Shown in pieces: positions 1 through 9,928 of a DNA stretch of 64,000 nt; position 1 is the first letter of the stretch, and every line of letters begins with the position of its first letter. This stretch comes from Minisyncoccia bacterium (lineage in GTDB: Bacteria; Patescibacteriota; Minisyncoccia; Phycocordibacterales; Phycocordibacteraceae). A program made the position numbers and the translations under genes. The notes beneath the pieces are model-generated. The model was not told where the DNA came from. It saw only the letters and a program-made list of their open reading frames with translations, and did not search any database. Location: assembly GCA_041485695.1 (NCBI GenBank), contig JBGPJZ010000001.1, positions 44,697 to 108,696 of the forward strand. Direction: 5' to 3'.

Positions 1-55
1 CGATGCCCTTGCGGGTCATCGTTATGGGCCCCTCGTATACCTTTTGGTCGCTCAT
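1..55 (-). CDS. 5' end (about 18 codons: MSDQKVYEGPITMTRKGI...) of a minus-strand gene whose body lies upstream of the window
   Basis: Open frame on the - strand from an ATG at about 53-55, running off the window start. Too short to identify. Confidence 0.2.
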   Translation of the reverse strand, partial: MSDQKVYEGPITMTRKGI

Positions 56-105
56 TTTTTATCACTCTAGCAATATCGGAGCCATTCTGCTATAGTGGCG
101 CCCAC

Positions 106-579
106 ATGTTGATGATTCGATTCCAGCGGATTGGCCGGACCAATGACCCGGCATTTCGCATTGTCGTACTCGAAAAAGCTCGCGCCGCGAAGACTGGCCG
201 CATCACCGAACAGCTCGGCACCTACAACCCGCGCACCAAGGCAGTGACCCTCAATGAGGCCAAGGTGAAAGAGTGGATTAGTAAGGGTGCCCAGCCCTCG
301 CCGACGATGCACAACTTCTTGATTACGAAGGGTGTGATTGAAGGTAAAAAAATAAACGTTCTCCCGCGCAAGCATCCGATTAAGGTTGAGGCGCCAGCAG
401 CTCCGGCCGCGCCTGTCGCAGCCGCACCAGCAGCCGAAGCAGTTCCGGCAGTCGAGGCAGCTCCAGTAGTTGAAGAGGTAACACCCGCACCTGAAGAGGC
501 TCCTGCAGTGGCCGAAGAAGCTCCAATAGCCGTTGAGGAGACGCCAGCTGAAGTTGTAGCAGAAGCGCCGGCTGCGTAA
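106..579 (+). CDS. rpsP: 30S ribosomal protein S16 with an about 65-aa Ala/Pro/Glu-rich low-complexity C-terminal tail
   Basis: N-terminus MLMIRFQRIGRTNDPAFRIVVLEKARAAKTGRITEQLGTYNP aligns to S16 ([21 protein letters not shown]...GRFIE.IGFFNP). Gene order is rpsP-KH-trmD. Confidence 0.9.
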   Translation: MLMIRFQRIGRTNDPAFRIVVLEKARAAKTGRITEQLGTYNPRTKAVTLNEAKVKEWISKGAQPSPTMHNFLITKGVIEGKKINVLPRKHPIKVEAPAAPAAPVAAAPAAEAVPAVEAAPVVEEVTPAPEEAPAVAEEAPIAVEETPAEVVAEAPAA

Positions 580-583
580 CGCC

Positions 584-889
584 ATGGAGGCTGACTACGT
601 CTTTTTAGAATTTGTCGTCAAAGCGCTCGTTGATAAACCGGAGGCGGTACAAGTCGTGCGTACGGTAGACGAGATGGGCGTGTTGCTGACCCTCACCGTT
701 CACCCAGAGGACATGGGCAAGATTATCGGCAAGAGTGGCAAGACCGCCGAATCCCTTCGGGTACTCTTGCGCGTTGTCGGCATGAAGCACAACGCACGCG
801 TGAATTTGAAAATTAACGAGCCGGTCGGCGGCAAGCGCGACCAAGAGAAAAAGACCGTCGACCAAGTCGTCGACGAACTCGGACAGTAA
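584..889 (+). CDS. KH-domain RNA-binding protein (YlqC/UPF0109 family)
   Basis: GxxG KH motif (IGKSGKTAESLRVLL). Conserved position between rpsP and trmD. Confidence 0.8.
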   Translation: MEADYVFLEFVVKALVDKPEAVQVVRTVDEMGVLLTLTVHPEDMGKIIGKSGKTAESLRVLLRVVGMKHNARVNLKINEPVGGKRDQEKKTVDQVVDELGQ

Positions 890-902
890 TTACGCGCTTC
901 GA

Positions 903-976
903 AGAAAGCGCCTGCGAAAAAGTCCTCGGATCTCCTCGCCTTCGGCTCGGCCAGACTATTTTCTCGGCATCTTTCT
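903..976 (+). repeat. Copy 1 of an about 75-bp REP-like intergenic repeat (agaaagCgcctgcgaaaaagtcctcggNtctcctcgccttcggctcggccagactattttctcggcatctttct)
   Basis: Near-identical copies at about 36112-36185 (+) and 45540-45613 (reverse complement). Internal gcc-UUCG-ggc stem-loop. Confidence 0.85.
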
Positions 977-988
977 TCTTTGCTTGCT

Positions 989-1633
989 ATGAAATTCACT
1001 CTCGTAACACTTTTTCAAGAAGCCTGCGACGCATATTTGAGCGCGTCGATTTTGGGGCGGGCACGTAAAGATAAAAAGATAAGCGTTTCGTACGCGAATC
1101 CGCGCGATTTTGTAGAAAATAAATGGGGCAAGGTAGACGAGCGCCCGTATGGCGGCGGGCCGGGGATGGTGATGCAGGCGTTGCCTGTTATAAAGGCGGC
1201 TCAAAAAGCGTTGAAGGGCAAAAAGAAGCCGGTCATAGTTTGGTTTTCTCCAAGCGCGAAACAATTCACGAACAAAGACGCCGACGCGCTCGTAAAGTAC
1301 AACAATATCGTGTTCGTGTGCGGGCGCTACGAGGGAATCGATGAACGCGCATTAAAAATCCTAAAAACCCTCGCACCGGTCAAATCGTTTGCCGTCGGCG
1401 AAGCCGTGCTTACGGGCGGCGAAGTGCCTGCGATGGCCATCGTTGACGCGGTGACGCGCCGCTTGCCGGGCGTCCTCGGCAAAGACGCTTCAGTAGAGGA
1501 GCGCCGTATCGCCGCCTCACAGGTCTACACCCGCCCGGAAGTCATCAAATGGAAAGGGAAGAGCTACAAAGTCCCCGCCGTCCTCCAAACCGGCCACCAC
1601 GCCAACATAGACGCCTGGCGAAAGGGCAGATAA
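989..1633 (+). CDS. trmD: tRNA (guanine37-N1)-methyltransferase
   Basis: ERPYGGGPGMVM, CGRYEGIDER and LTGGE motifs. ATG at 989, 3 codons downstream of the ORF-track TTG at 980, and aligns with the TrmD N-terminus. Confidence 0.9.
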   Translation: MKFTLVTLFQEACDAYLSASILGRARKDKKISVSYANPRDFVENKWGKVDERPYGGGPGMVMQALPVIKAAQKALKGKKKPVIVWFSPSAKQFTNKDADALVKYNNIVFVCGRYEGIDERALKILKTLAPVKSFAVGEAVLTGGEVPAMAIVDAVTRRLPGVLGKDASVEERRIAASQVYTRPEVIKWKGKSYKVPAVLQTGHHANIDAWRKGR

Positions 1634-1635
1634 AA

Positions 1636-1656
1636 AAGCGCCCTTACGGGCGCTTT
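1636..1656. terminator. Bidirectional hairpin terminator between convergent trmD and the 1644..2843 gene
   Basis: agcgccc-ttac-gggcgct stem-loop flanked by A-run and T-run. It overlaps the stop codon of the minus-strand gene. Confidence 0.5.
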
Positions 1657-2843
1657 GCAGGGTCTGATTTCTCAACGTTGACCGAAAGAGCTTTGGCGCA
1701 CTTTTCTTTGATTTCGTCAGAAATCTGCAGGTGTTCGTCGGTAGCATATTGCTGGAGCTCCCGTATTTGCTGCTGCAAGAGGGCGATTCTCGAAACCGCT
1801 TCCCACAGTAGCCGAGCGACCTTTCTCCCTTCTCGCGTTTTACTCCGGGCGAACTTCCGCGTCTTTTCCTGCTCTTCTCGTTCTGCGATTTCTTGCTCTC
1901 TTTGCTCTCTTTTTGCTTTTCGCTCTTTCGCAAGCCACTGACGCGCCTCCTCTTTTTGTCTTGCAGCCTCGGCACGTCGGGCAGCTTTCTCCTTTTGGAC
2001 ACCCCGTCGCTTTTCTTTGGATTGTTCTTGAAATGCAGCTAACTCAAGCTGCCTCTCTACTGAACAAAGCGAGCAGTACGTCTGGTCTTTTTCCGCAACC
2101 GACAAAACATAACCCCGTTGCCGCAGACGGCGAAGAAAGTCTCGTGCCATTGAAGTACTTGCGCCAAACCGTTTACTCACGTTCTTGATGAAGTCACGCT
2201 CCATGAAATCCCCTGACGGGTAGCACAGGCGGATACCTTCAAGGACGTTTACGAGGTTCGCGCTATTCTGCAAGAACTCTTTGCTGCGGAATTCGCGTTC
2301 GAAGACCTGACGAGCTGCGACGGGTGCCTTCATCGCCAGCTCAGGCCCGATATTTCTTTGAGGGGATTTGAGTGCGTTTGACAGTATTTGCGACAACCGT
2401 GCTGAATCTCGTGTAGCGCTCGGGTGTCGCAGGATGCAAAGAAAGCGGCGCTTCAACAGCTCATCTTGGAGAGCGAGTTCAACGCCTCCTCCTGAGACAA
2501 ATTTGCCTGTCAGCACGACACCTCCTCGGCAGAATTCTGCGCGCTCATCGTACTGGACATTGAGAGCCCAGTTCTGATCACCCCCTAGGGAGGCGAGACA
2601 TTCTTGAAGCCGAGCGAATGCGCCGAGCTTCAGTACTTTCGTACGGAGCGCCTCCTCAGCATAAATGTTCATTGGTCCCTCCCAGGGGTTGCGTTGGATG
2701 CGAAGTTGCAGTCCGAGGCGAGCATACCACCTCATACAGGCTTCATCCACACCCCCTATAAAATCGGGCTTGACGAGGAGGGCAGGGAGGTATATCTTAC
2801 GAGTACCAGAGGACGAGTGAGTTTTGAAAGATCTGGAGGGCAC
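1644..2843 (-). CDS. Hypothetical protein with a globular N-terminal region, a winged-helix-like segment and a long K/E/R/A-rich coiled-coil C-terminus
   Basis: 399-aa ORF with a GTG start. The antisense frames are low complexity. No motif recognised. It sits opposite-strand between trmD and rpoB. Confidence 0.5.
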   Translation of the reverse strand: MPSRSFKTHSSSGTRKIYLPALLVKPDFIGGVDEACMRWYARLGLQLRIQRNPWEGPMNIYAEEALRTKVLKLGAFARLQECLASLGGDQNWALNVQYDERAEFCRGGVVLTGKFVSGGGVELALQDELLKRRFLCILRHPSATRDSARLSQILSNALKSPQRNIGPELAMKAPVAARQVFEREFRSKEFLQNSANLVNVLEGIRLCYPSGDFMERDFIKNVSKRFGASTSMARDFLRRLRQRGYVLSVAEKDQTYCSLCSVERQLELAAFQEQSKEKRRGVQKEKAARRAEAARQKEEARQWLAKERKAKREQREQEIAEREEQEKTRKFARSKTREGRKVARLLWEAVSRIALLQQQIRELQQYATDEHLQISDEIKEKCAKALSVNVEKSDPAKRP

Positions 2844-2990
2844 ACATTTGAATAGAGGACCGTTCCGAAACGCGAGAGGCGTCTGTCGCCGTGCGTTTAT
2901 GTATCGTTTATTTTCCGACCCTCCTTCGCCTCAAAAAGGCTACGGACGGGCAAGCGTTCACGATTAACCGACCCCTAATCTCTACGCCGC

Positions 2991-5900
2991 ATGCAAAAAA
3001 AGCCGCTCCCCCAGAAGACCTTCGGCGCTTACCGGGCGCCGTCCGTGCCCTTGCCCGACCTTGTCGGGCACCAGCGCGAGTCGTTCGACTGGCTCCTTAA
3101 AGACGGGTTCAAGGAGCTTTTCAAGGAGTTCTCGCCTATCTCTGACTACTCGGGCAAAAAATTCGAGCTTAAGTTCGATGACTTTGAGCTTGGCGAGCCT
3201 GCCTATGACGAGGAGTTTGCGCGCGATAACATGCGCACCTACGAAGCGCCTTTGAAGGTGACGGTGAAGCTGCGCAACAAAACGTTCGGCACTGAAAAGT
3301 CGCAAGATATCTTCTTGGCCGACATGCCTATCATGACGCCGCACGGTTCGTTCATCGTCTCGGGCGTTGAGCGCGCCATCGTCCCCCAGCTTGCCCGCTC
3401 GTTTGGAGCCTTTTTTGTCTCCGAGCTTATCCGCGGCAAGCAGTTCTTCGGCGCCAAGATCATCCCGGCTCGCGGCGTATGGATTGAGATTGATTCTGAA
3501 GCTGACGGCGCGATTTTCGTGAAGATCGATCGCAAGCGCAAGTTCCCGGTGACGCACCTCCTGACCGTCTTTGGTGCAGGCTTGGGCGACAAGATCGCAC
3601 AGCTCTTTAAGGGTGATGAAACCGCGCTTGCGGCCCTTAAGGCGACGCTTGTGCACGATACGGCGAAGAGTGTCGAGGAAGCCTACATCGAGATTCACCG
3701 CCGTATGCGCGATGGCGACCTCGCAACCCCGGAGAACGCGAAAAACTTCGTGCAGGCTCTCTTCGGTGCTGACCGCTATGACCTCTCCAAGGTCGGTCGC
3801 CATCGCTTGAACGCACGTTTCGGTCTCCCGACGACCGACAAACAGCTCGAGAAAAGGGCTCTCTCTTTGGCTGATTTCACCCGCATCGTCGCCGAGATTG
3901 CGCGTCTCAATAGCGACCCGAACGCTCGTCCTGATGATATCGACCACCTCGGCTTTCGCCGTGTGCGCTTCGTGGGCGAGCTCCTCCAGTCGCGTATGCG
4001 CGTCGGTATGTCGCGCATGAAGCGCAATATCCAAGACCGCATGTCGACGATTGAAAGCGAGACCACCTTGCCGATGTCCCTCATTAATCCGCGGCCGTTT
4101 TCAGCTGCGGTACGCGAGTTCTTTACGGCGAACCAGCTCTCGCAGTTCATGGACCAGCAAAATATCCTTGCGGAGCTTGAGAACATGCGGACCCTTTCTG
4201 CGCTCGGCCCCGGCGGCCTTACCCGTGAGCGCGCAGGCTTTGAAGTGCGCGACGTGCACTCCAGCCACTACGGACGTCTCTGCCCCATCCATACGCCTGA
4301 AGGGCAGAATATCGGACTCATCTTGCGTTTAGCGACGCACGCGACGACGAACGACTACGGTGTCATCGAGACGCCGTATGTCCGGGTCAAGAACGGTAAA
4401 GTGACCGGTGAAATCGTCACGATAAACGCGCTTGAAGAGGAGCAGGAAACGGTCGCCCACGGGGCGACCAAGGTTGACGCGAGCGGACACATTACCGAGG
4501 AGCTTGTCGAGGCACGCCGCAAGGGCGAACCTGTCATCGTAGAGCGCGATGAGGTGACGCTTATGGATGCCTCGACCTACCAGATGTTTTCCATAGCCAC
4601 GGCGATGATTCCCTTCGTCGACCACGATGATGCGAACCGGGCGCTGATGGGTTCGAACATGCAAAAGCAGGCGACACCGGTGCTTATCCCTGAGGCGCCC
4701 TTGGTCTCGACCGGTATCGAGGCGCATGCCGCTAAGAACACCGGCCGTCTTGTCCTCGCCGGCGAGGCGGGCGAGGTGAACTACGTCGATGCACGCAAGA
4801 TTTCTGTGACCAACAAGGAGGGGAAGAAGAAGGAATATCGTCTCCAGGGCCTCACCCAAACCAACCAAAACTCCGCCTTCTCCCAGCGGCCTTCAGTCTT
4901 CGTCGGGGACAAGGTGAAAAAGGGCGACGTTCTTGCGGACGCCTCGTCCTCGGCACACGGCCAGATGGCACTCGGGCAAAACGCACGCGTCGCCTTCATG
5001 AGCTGGAACGGCGCTAACTACGAAGACGCCATCATCATCTCCGAGCGTCTCGTCGAGGACGCTAAATTTACGACCGTACATATCGAAGACTTCGACTGCG
5101 TGGTGCGCGACACCAAACTCGGCCCCGAGGTCACGACGCACGACATCCCGAATGTCGGCGAACTCCGACTCAAGAATCTTGATGAAGAGGGCGTTATCCG
5201 CATCGGCGCAGAAGTGCGGCCGGGCGATATCCTGGTCGGGAAGGTGACGCCGAAGGGCGAGACCCAGCTCACGCCTGAAGAACGCCTTTTGCGCTCCATC
5301 TTCGGCGATAAGGCAAAGGATGTGAAAGACACCTCGCTCCGCATGGAAGGCGGTAAGCGCGGTCGCGTCATCGGCGTGCGCGTCTTTTCTCGCGAAAAGG
5401 GCGACCAGCTTGAGAGCGGCATCATCAAAAAGATCGTAGTGACGGTCGCACAAGTGCGTAACGTAAGCGTGGGCGACAAGCTCGCAGGGCGCCACGGTAA
5501 CAAAGGCGTCATCTCCCGCGTCCTCCCCGTCGAGGATATGCCCTACGACAAAGACGGCAACCCGGTCGACATCATTTTAACACCGCTTGGCGTACCTTCG
5601 CGTATGAATCTCGGGCAGATTCTCGAGATGCACTTGGGGCTTGCCGCGCATACCTTGAATTACCAAGCAGTGGTGCCGCCCTTTGCGGGCGCCTCTGCTG
5701 ATGAGATTCGAGACGAGCTTCAAGCGGCTGGTTTTGACCGCTCGGGCAAGATGACTCTCTATAACGGTCACACGGGTGAGGCCTTCGCCTCGCCGATAGC
5801 TGTCGGGTACATGTATATCTTAAAGCTTCACCACATGGTCGAAGACAAGATTCACATGCGCTCCATTGGCCCCTACTCCTTGATCACGCAGCAGCCGCTT

Positions 5901-6167
5901 GGCGGCAAGGCGCAAAACGGCGGCCAGCGTTTCGGCGAGATGGAAGTGTGGGCGCTCCTCGGCTACGGCGCGGCATATACCTTGCGCGAGATGCTCACGA
6001 TCAAGTCTGACGACATCACCGGCCGTTCGGCTGCCTTCGACGCAATCGTGAAAGGCGAACCGATCTCCCACACTGGTACCCCGGCCTCGTTCTCGGTCTT
6101 GACGAACCAGATTCGCGGCCTTGCGCTCGATGTTGAGCCGATGGATCTCCCGCCAGAAGCGGAGTGA
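2991..6167 (+). CDS. rpoB: DNA-directed RNA polymerase subunit beta (compact 1058-aa form)
   Basis: Full-length similarity to RpoB, including the C-terminal PYSLITQQPLGGKAQNGGQRFGEMEVWAL region. Confidence 0.97.
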   Translation: MQKKPLPQKTFGAYRAPSVPLPDLVGHQRESFDWLLKDGFKELFKEFSPISDYSGKKFELKFDDFELGEPAYDEEFARDNMRTYEAPLKVTVKLRNKTFGTEKSQDIFLADMPIMTPHGSFIVSGVERAIVPQLARSFGAFFVSELIRGKQFFGAKIIPARGVWIEIDSEADGAIFVKIDRKRKFPVTHLLTVFGAGLGDKIAQLFKGDETALAALKATLVHDTAKSVEEAYIEIHRRMRDGDLATPENAKNFVQALFGADRYDLSKVGRHRLNARFGLPTTDKQLEKRALSLADFTRIVAEIARLNSDPNARPDDIDHLGFRRVRFVGELLQSRMRVGMSRMKRNIQDRMSTIESETTLPMSLINPRPFSAAVREFFTANQLSQFMDQQNILAELENMRTLSALGPGGLTRERAGFEVRDVHSSHYGRLCPIHTPEGQNIGLILRLATHATTNDYGVIETPYVRVKNGKVTGEIVTINALEEEQETVAHGATKVDASGHITEELVEARRKGEPVIVERDEVTLMDASTYQMFSIATAMIPFVDHDDANRALMGSNMQKQATPVLIPEAPLVSTGIEAHAAKNTGRLVLAGEAGEVNYVDARKISVTNKEGKKKEYRLQGLTQTNQNSAFSQRPSVFVGDKVKKGDVLADASSSAHGQMALGQNARVAFMSWNGANYEDAIIISERLVEDAKFTTVHIEDFDCVVRDTKLGPEVTTHDIPNVGELRLKNLDEEGVIRIGAEVRPGDILVGKVTPKGETQLTPEERLLRSIFGDKAKDVKDTSLRMEGGKRGRVIGVRVFSREKGDQLESGIIKKIVVTVAQVRNVSVGDKLAGRHGNKGVISRVLPVEDMPYDKDGNPVDIILTPLGVPSRMNLGQILEMHLGLAAHTLNYQAVVPPFAGASADEIRDELQAAGFDRSGKMTLYNGHTGEAFASPIAVGYMYILKLHHMVEDKIHMRSIGPYSLITQQPLGGKAQNGGQRFGEMEVWALLGYGAAYTLREMLTIKSDDITGRSAAFDAIVKGEPISHTGTPASFSVLTNQIRGLALDVEPMDLPPEAE

Positions 6168-6190
6168 TTTACTAATATTCTTTTACGATT

Positions 6191-9100
6191 ATGGCCTACT
6201 CACCCCGCAAATTGACCGGACAGCGCGATACCTGGAACGCGCTCCGCCTTGGCGTTGCCTCGCCCGAGCGCATCCTCGAATGGTCGCACGGCGAAATCAC
6301 GAAGCCCGAGACCATCAATTACCGTACGCAACGGAGCGAAAAGCACGGCCTCTTTGATGAAAAGATCTTCGGCCCGGAGAAGGACTACGAATGCTACTGC
6401 GGCAAGTACAAGGGTATCCGCTACAAAGGCATCGTTTGCGACAAGTGCGGTGTCGAGATCACCCGCTCCATCGTGCGCCGCGAGCGTATGGGCCATATCG
6501 AGCTCTGCAGCCCCGTTGCGCACATCTGGTTCTTGCGCTCAGTGCCTTCGCGCATGGCGCTTCTCCTTGGCGCCTCGGCTGCGGACATAGAGAAGGTCGT
6601 CTACTTCGCGGGCTATATCGTGACCAAGGTCAATGATGACGGCAAAAAGCGCCTCCTCTCCGAGCTTGAGAGCGAGTACAAGACGAAATATAAGTCTCAA
6701 AACGACGACAAAGAACGTGATGCTTTGAAAGAACGCATGACCGTCGCTAAGGCCGAGATTGAAGGTCTCGCGGTCGGCCGTGTCTTGGACGAGCTTGAAT
6801 ACCACCGCTTCTCGGTGAAGTACGGCGGCCTCTTCGAGGCGCGTATCGGTGCTGAAGCGATTTATGACATTTTCCGCTCTATCGACCTCAAAGAGCTCGA
6901 AAAAATGCTCCTTGCCAAGTATCAGAAGGCAGGTGCCGCAGAGCGAGAAAAACTCGCGAAGCGCCTCTCGCTTATCGCGGGAATGCTTTCAGCCGGCGTC
7001 CGCCCGGATTGGATGTTCCTCTCTCGTATCCCCGTCATTCCGCCGGCGCTTCGTCCGATGGTCGCCCTTGAGGGCGGCCGCCATGCGACCAGCGATGTCA
7101 ACGACCTCTATCGCCGTGTCATCAATCGCAATAATCGTTTGAAGAAACTCCTCGATATTCACGCGCCTGAGGTGATTCTTCGCAATGAGAAGCGCATCCT
7201 CCAGGAAGCGGTCGATGCCTTGCTCGACAACTCAATCCGTAAGGGTGGCGCTTCTGCGGGCGCACTGACGCCAGCGCAGCGCCGGCCTCTTAAGTCGCTC
7301 GCGGATTATTTGAAAGGGAAGCAGGGCTACTTCCGCCAGAACCTTCTCGGCAAGCGCGTCGACTATTCGGGCCGTTCGGTCATCGTCGTCGGCCCTGATT
7401 TGGAGCTCGATGAATGCGGTCTCCCTAAGCACATGGCGCTTGAACTCTTCCGACCCTTCGTTATCGCAGGGCTTCTTTCGCGCGAGCTTGCATTTAATAT
7501 TCGCGGCGCCGGCCGCCTTATTGAAGACGGCGTCCCCGAGGTATGGGAGATCCTTGAAGAGGCGATTAAGGGCAAATACGTCTTACTTAACCGCGCTCCG
7601 ACCCTCCACCGCCAGGGTATCCAGGCATTTCGCCCGCGGCTTATCGAGGGTGATGCTATCCAGCTCCACCCGCTTGTTTGCAACGCCTTCAATGCGGACT
7701 TCGACGGTGACCAGATGGCCGTCCACGTTCCCCTTTCAGAGGAGGCGCAGTGGGAGGCGGCGAATGTGATGAGTGCGAACAAGAACATCTTGAAGCCTGG
7801 CTCGGGCGATATGATCGTGCTCACCGGGAAGCCTCTGGACATCGTCCTTGGCGTGTACTGGCTTACGCGAGAAATGAAAAAGGCGAAGGGCGAAGGCGAG
7901 CACTTCACGTCACCGAACGCAGCCATCCTCGCCTATGAATACAATGGCGTTGATCTCCGCGCCCTGATTAATGTCATGCCGACGACCGACAAAGCGAAGT
8001 ACGCGCACTTCGACGGCAAGCCGTTCCAAACGACCGTCGGTAGGCTCCTCTTCAACACCGTCTTGCCTTCGGATTACCCGTTCATAAACGACACCATCAC
8101 GAAGAAGGTTCTCTCGCGTATCGTGAATGACTGCGCGACCCGCTATGGGCTCGATCGTGTCCCGTCAATCGTTAATAAAGTGAAGCGCTTCGGTTTCGAG
8201 TATGCGACCAAGTCAGGTGTTTCGTGGAGCCTCGACGACGTCTCGGTACCCAAAGGCAAGGGAAAGATCATCGATACGGCGCGCGAAAAGGTCTCGCATA
8301 TCGAGGGAGATTACCGAAACGGGCTCCTCTCTGCCGATGAGAAGCGCCGCATGGCCATCGAGATATGGCAGGGCGCCAAACAGGAGGTTGAAAAACTCGT
8401 TGCAGAGGAGCTCGACCCCTTGGGCTCGGTCGCCGATATGGTGACCTCGGGAGCGCGTGGCTCAATGGGCAACCTTACGCAAATGGCCGGTATGAAAGGC
8501 CTTATCCAGAACACGCAAGGCGAGACTATCGAAGTGCCCATCATCTCTTCGATGTCCGAAGGGCTTAACCCCGTTGAATACTTTATGAGTACGCACGGCG
8601 CGCGAAAAGGCCTCACCGACACCGCTCTTGGTACGGCAAAAGCGGGGTATCTCACGCGCCGTCTCTTCGACGTCGCACAAGACTCGATTATCACTGAAGA
8701 GGATTGCAAGACGAAGCGCGGCGTCGCTATCCGCCGCGTCTCGGCCTCGGGCATCGAGATCGATTACGCTGAAACCTTGACCGGCCGCGTGCTTTCTGAA
8801 GACGCAAAGGACGCGCTCGGCGAGACGATTTTCAAGAAGGGTCACTATATCTCTCCCGATGATGGCAAGAAAATCGCAGCGGGAAGCGTCGAATCAGTCG
8901 CCGTACGGAGCGCCATGGGTTGCGAGACCCGCTATGGCGTCTGCCAGAAATGCTACGGCATGGACCTGACGACAAGGAGGATGGTCGACCTCGGCGAGGC
9001 CGTCGGTACCGTCGCAGCGCAAGCCATCGGCGAACCGGGCACTCAGCTTACGATGCGCACCTTTCATGCGGGCGGCGTGGCTTCGATAGGCGGGGACATC

Positions 9101-9922
9101 ACGCAAGGCCTCCCTCGCGTTGAAGAATTGTTCGAGAAGCGCTCACCGAAGAACCCCGCGGTTATCTCGAAGACCGATGGCATCGTGAGCGAAATCAAGG
9201 AGCTCGGCCGCGAGAAAGTTCTCGTTGTCGTGCCGTCCTCGGGGCAAGGCAAGAAAGACGGCTCGGCGTTCGAGTACCTTGCTCCCTATCCGCGCATGCC
9301 TTTGGTGAAAGCAGGTGACGAGGTAAAAAAAGGGCAGATACTCACCGATGGTTCGTCTGACCTCGATGAGCTCTTCGAGTACGCCGGCCGCGCCATTGTG
9401 CAGGAATACATCATCGCCGAGACCTCGAAGATTTATGAGCTTCAGGGCGCATCCGTGTCTCGTAAGCACCTCGAGGTTATCGTGAAGCAGATGTTCTCAC
9501 GTGTGAAGATCACCGAGGCGGGCGACACCGAGTACTCGGTTGGCGATGTGATTGAAGACTGGGAGTTCGCTCAAGCGGTAATCGATGCCGAGAACGGAAA
9601 TAAGATGCCGCCCTCGGCAGCTGAAATTGTCTTTGGCATCAAGGAGTCCGCACTTTCTCGCCGCTCCTTCCTCTCCGCGGCCTCATTCGAGCAGACGACC
9701 AAAATCCTCATCAACGCAGCCCTCAAAGGGAGCGTGGACCGGCTCCGCGGCCTTAAAGAGAACGTCATCCTCGGGCGCCTCATCCCTGCGGGCACTGGTT
9801 TCAAGGGGAGCGCGAAGCACGCGGCAATCACCAAGCTCCAAGCGGAGCGGCCGGTGCCGGTCGCAAGCGAGCGTATGAGTTCGTATATAGGGAAGCCGTT
9901 TGCGGGCAAGGGCCGCTCTTAA
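6191..9922 (+). CDS. rpoC: DNA-directed RNA polymerase subunit beta'
   Basis: NADFDGDQMAVHVPLS catalytic motif. N-terminal Zn-binding CYCGKYK...CDKCGVE. Confidence 0.97.
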   Translation: MAYSPRKLTGQRDTWNALRLGVASPERILEWSHGEITKPETINYRTQRSEKHGLFDEKIFGPEKDYECYCGKYKGIRYKGIVCDKCGVEITRSIVRRERMGHIELCSPVAHIWFLRSVPSRMALLLGASAADIEKVVYFAGYIVTKVNDDGKKRLLSELESEYKTKYKSQNDDKERDALKERMTVAKAEIEGLAVGRVLDELEYHRFSVKYGGLFEARIGAEAIYDIFRSIDLKELEKMLLAKYQKAGAAEREKLAKRLSLIAGMLSAGVRPDWMFLSRIPVIPPALRPMVALEGGRHATSDVNDLYRRVINRNNRLKKLLDIHAPEVILRNEKRILQEAVDALLDNSIRKGGASAGALTPAQRRPLKSLADYLKGKQGYFRQNLLGKRVDYSGRSVIVVGPDLELDECGLPKHMALELFRPFVIAGLLSRELAFNIRGAGRLIEDGVPEVWEILEEAIKGKYVLLNRAPTLHRQGIQAFRPRLIEGDAIQLHPLVCNAFNADFDGDQMAVHVPLSEEAQWEAANVMSANKNILKPGSGDMIVLTGKPLDIVLGVYWLTREMKKAKGEGEHFTSPNAAILAYEYNGVDLRALINVMPTTDKAKYAHFDGKPFQTTVGRLLFNTVLPSDYPFINDTITKKVLSRIVNDCATRYGLDRVPSIVNKVKRFGFEYATKSGVSWSLDDVSVPKGKGKIIDTAREKVSHIEGDYRNGLLSADEKRRMAIEIWQGAKQEVEKLVAEELDPLGSVADMVTSGARGSMGNLTQMAGMKGLIQNTQGETIEVPIISSMSEGLNPVEYFMSTHGARKGLTDTALGTAKAGYLTRRLFDVAQDSIITEEDCKTKRGVAIRRVSASGIEIDYAETLTGRVLSEDAKDALGETIFKKGHYISPDDGKKIAAGSVESVAVRSAMGCETRYGVCQKCYGMDLTTRRMVDLGEAVGTVAAQAIGEPGTQLTMRTFHAGGVASIGGDITQGLPRVEELFEKRSPKNPAVISKTDGIVSEIKELGREKVLVVVPSSGQGKKDGSAFEYLAPYPRMPLVKAGDEVKKGQILTDGSSDLDELFEYAGRAIVQEYIIAETSKIYELQGASVSRKHLEVIVKQMFSRVKITEAGDTEYSVGDVIEDWEFAQAVIDAENGNKMPPSAAEIVFGIKESALSRRSFLSAASFEQTTKILINAALKGSVDRLRGLKENVILGRLIPAGTGFKGSAKHAAITKLQAERPVPVASERMSSYIGKPFAGKGRS

Positions 9923-9928
9923 GCCATC

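Noticed and set aside
2982-4034. 350-aa minus-strand ORF
   Set aside because: Antisense to the rpoB 5' region. Low-complexity R/A/L-rich translation.
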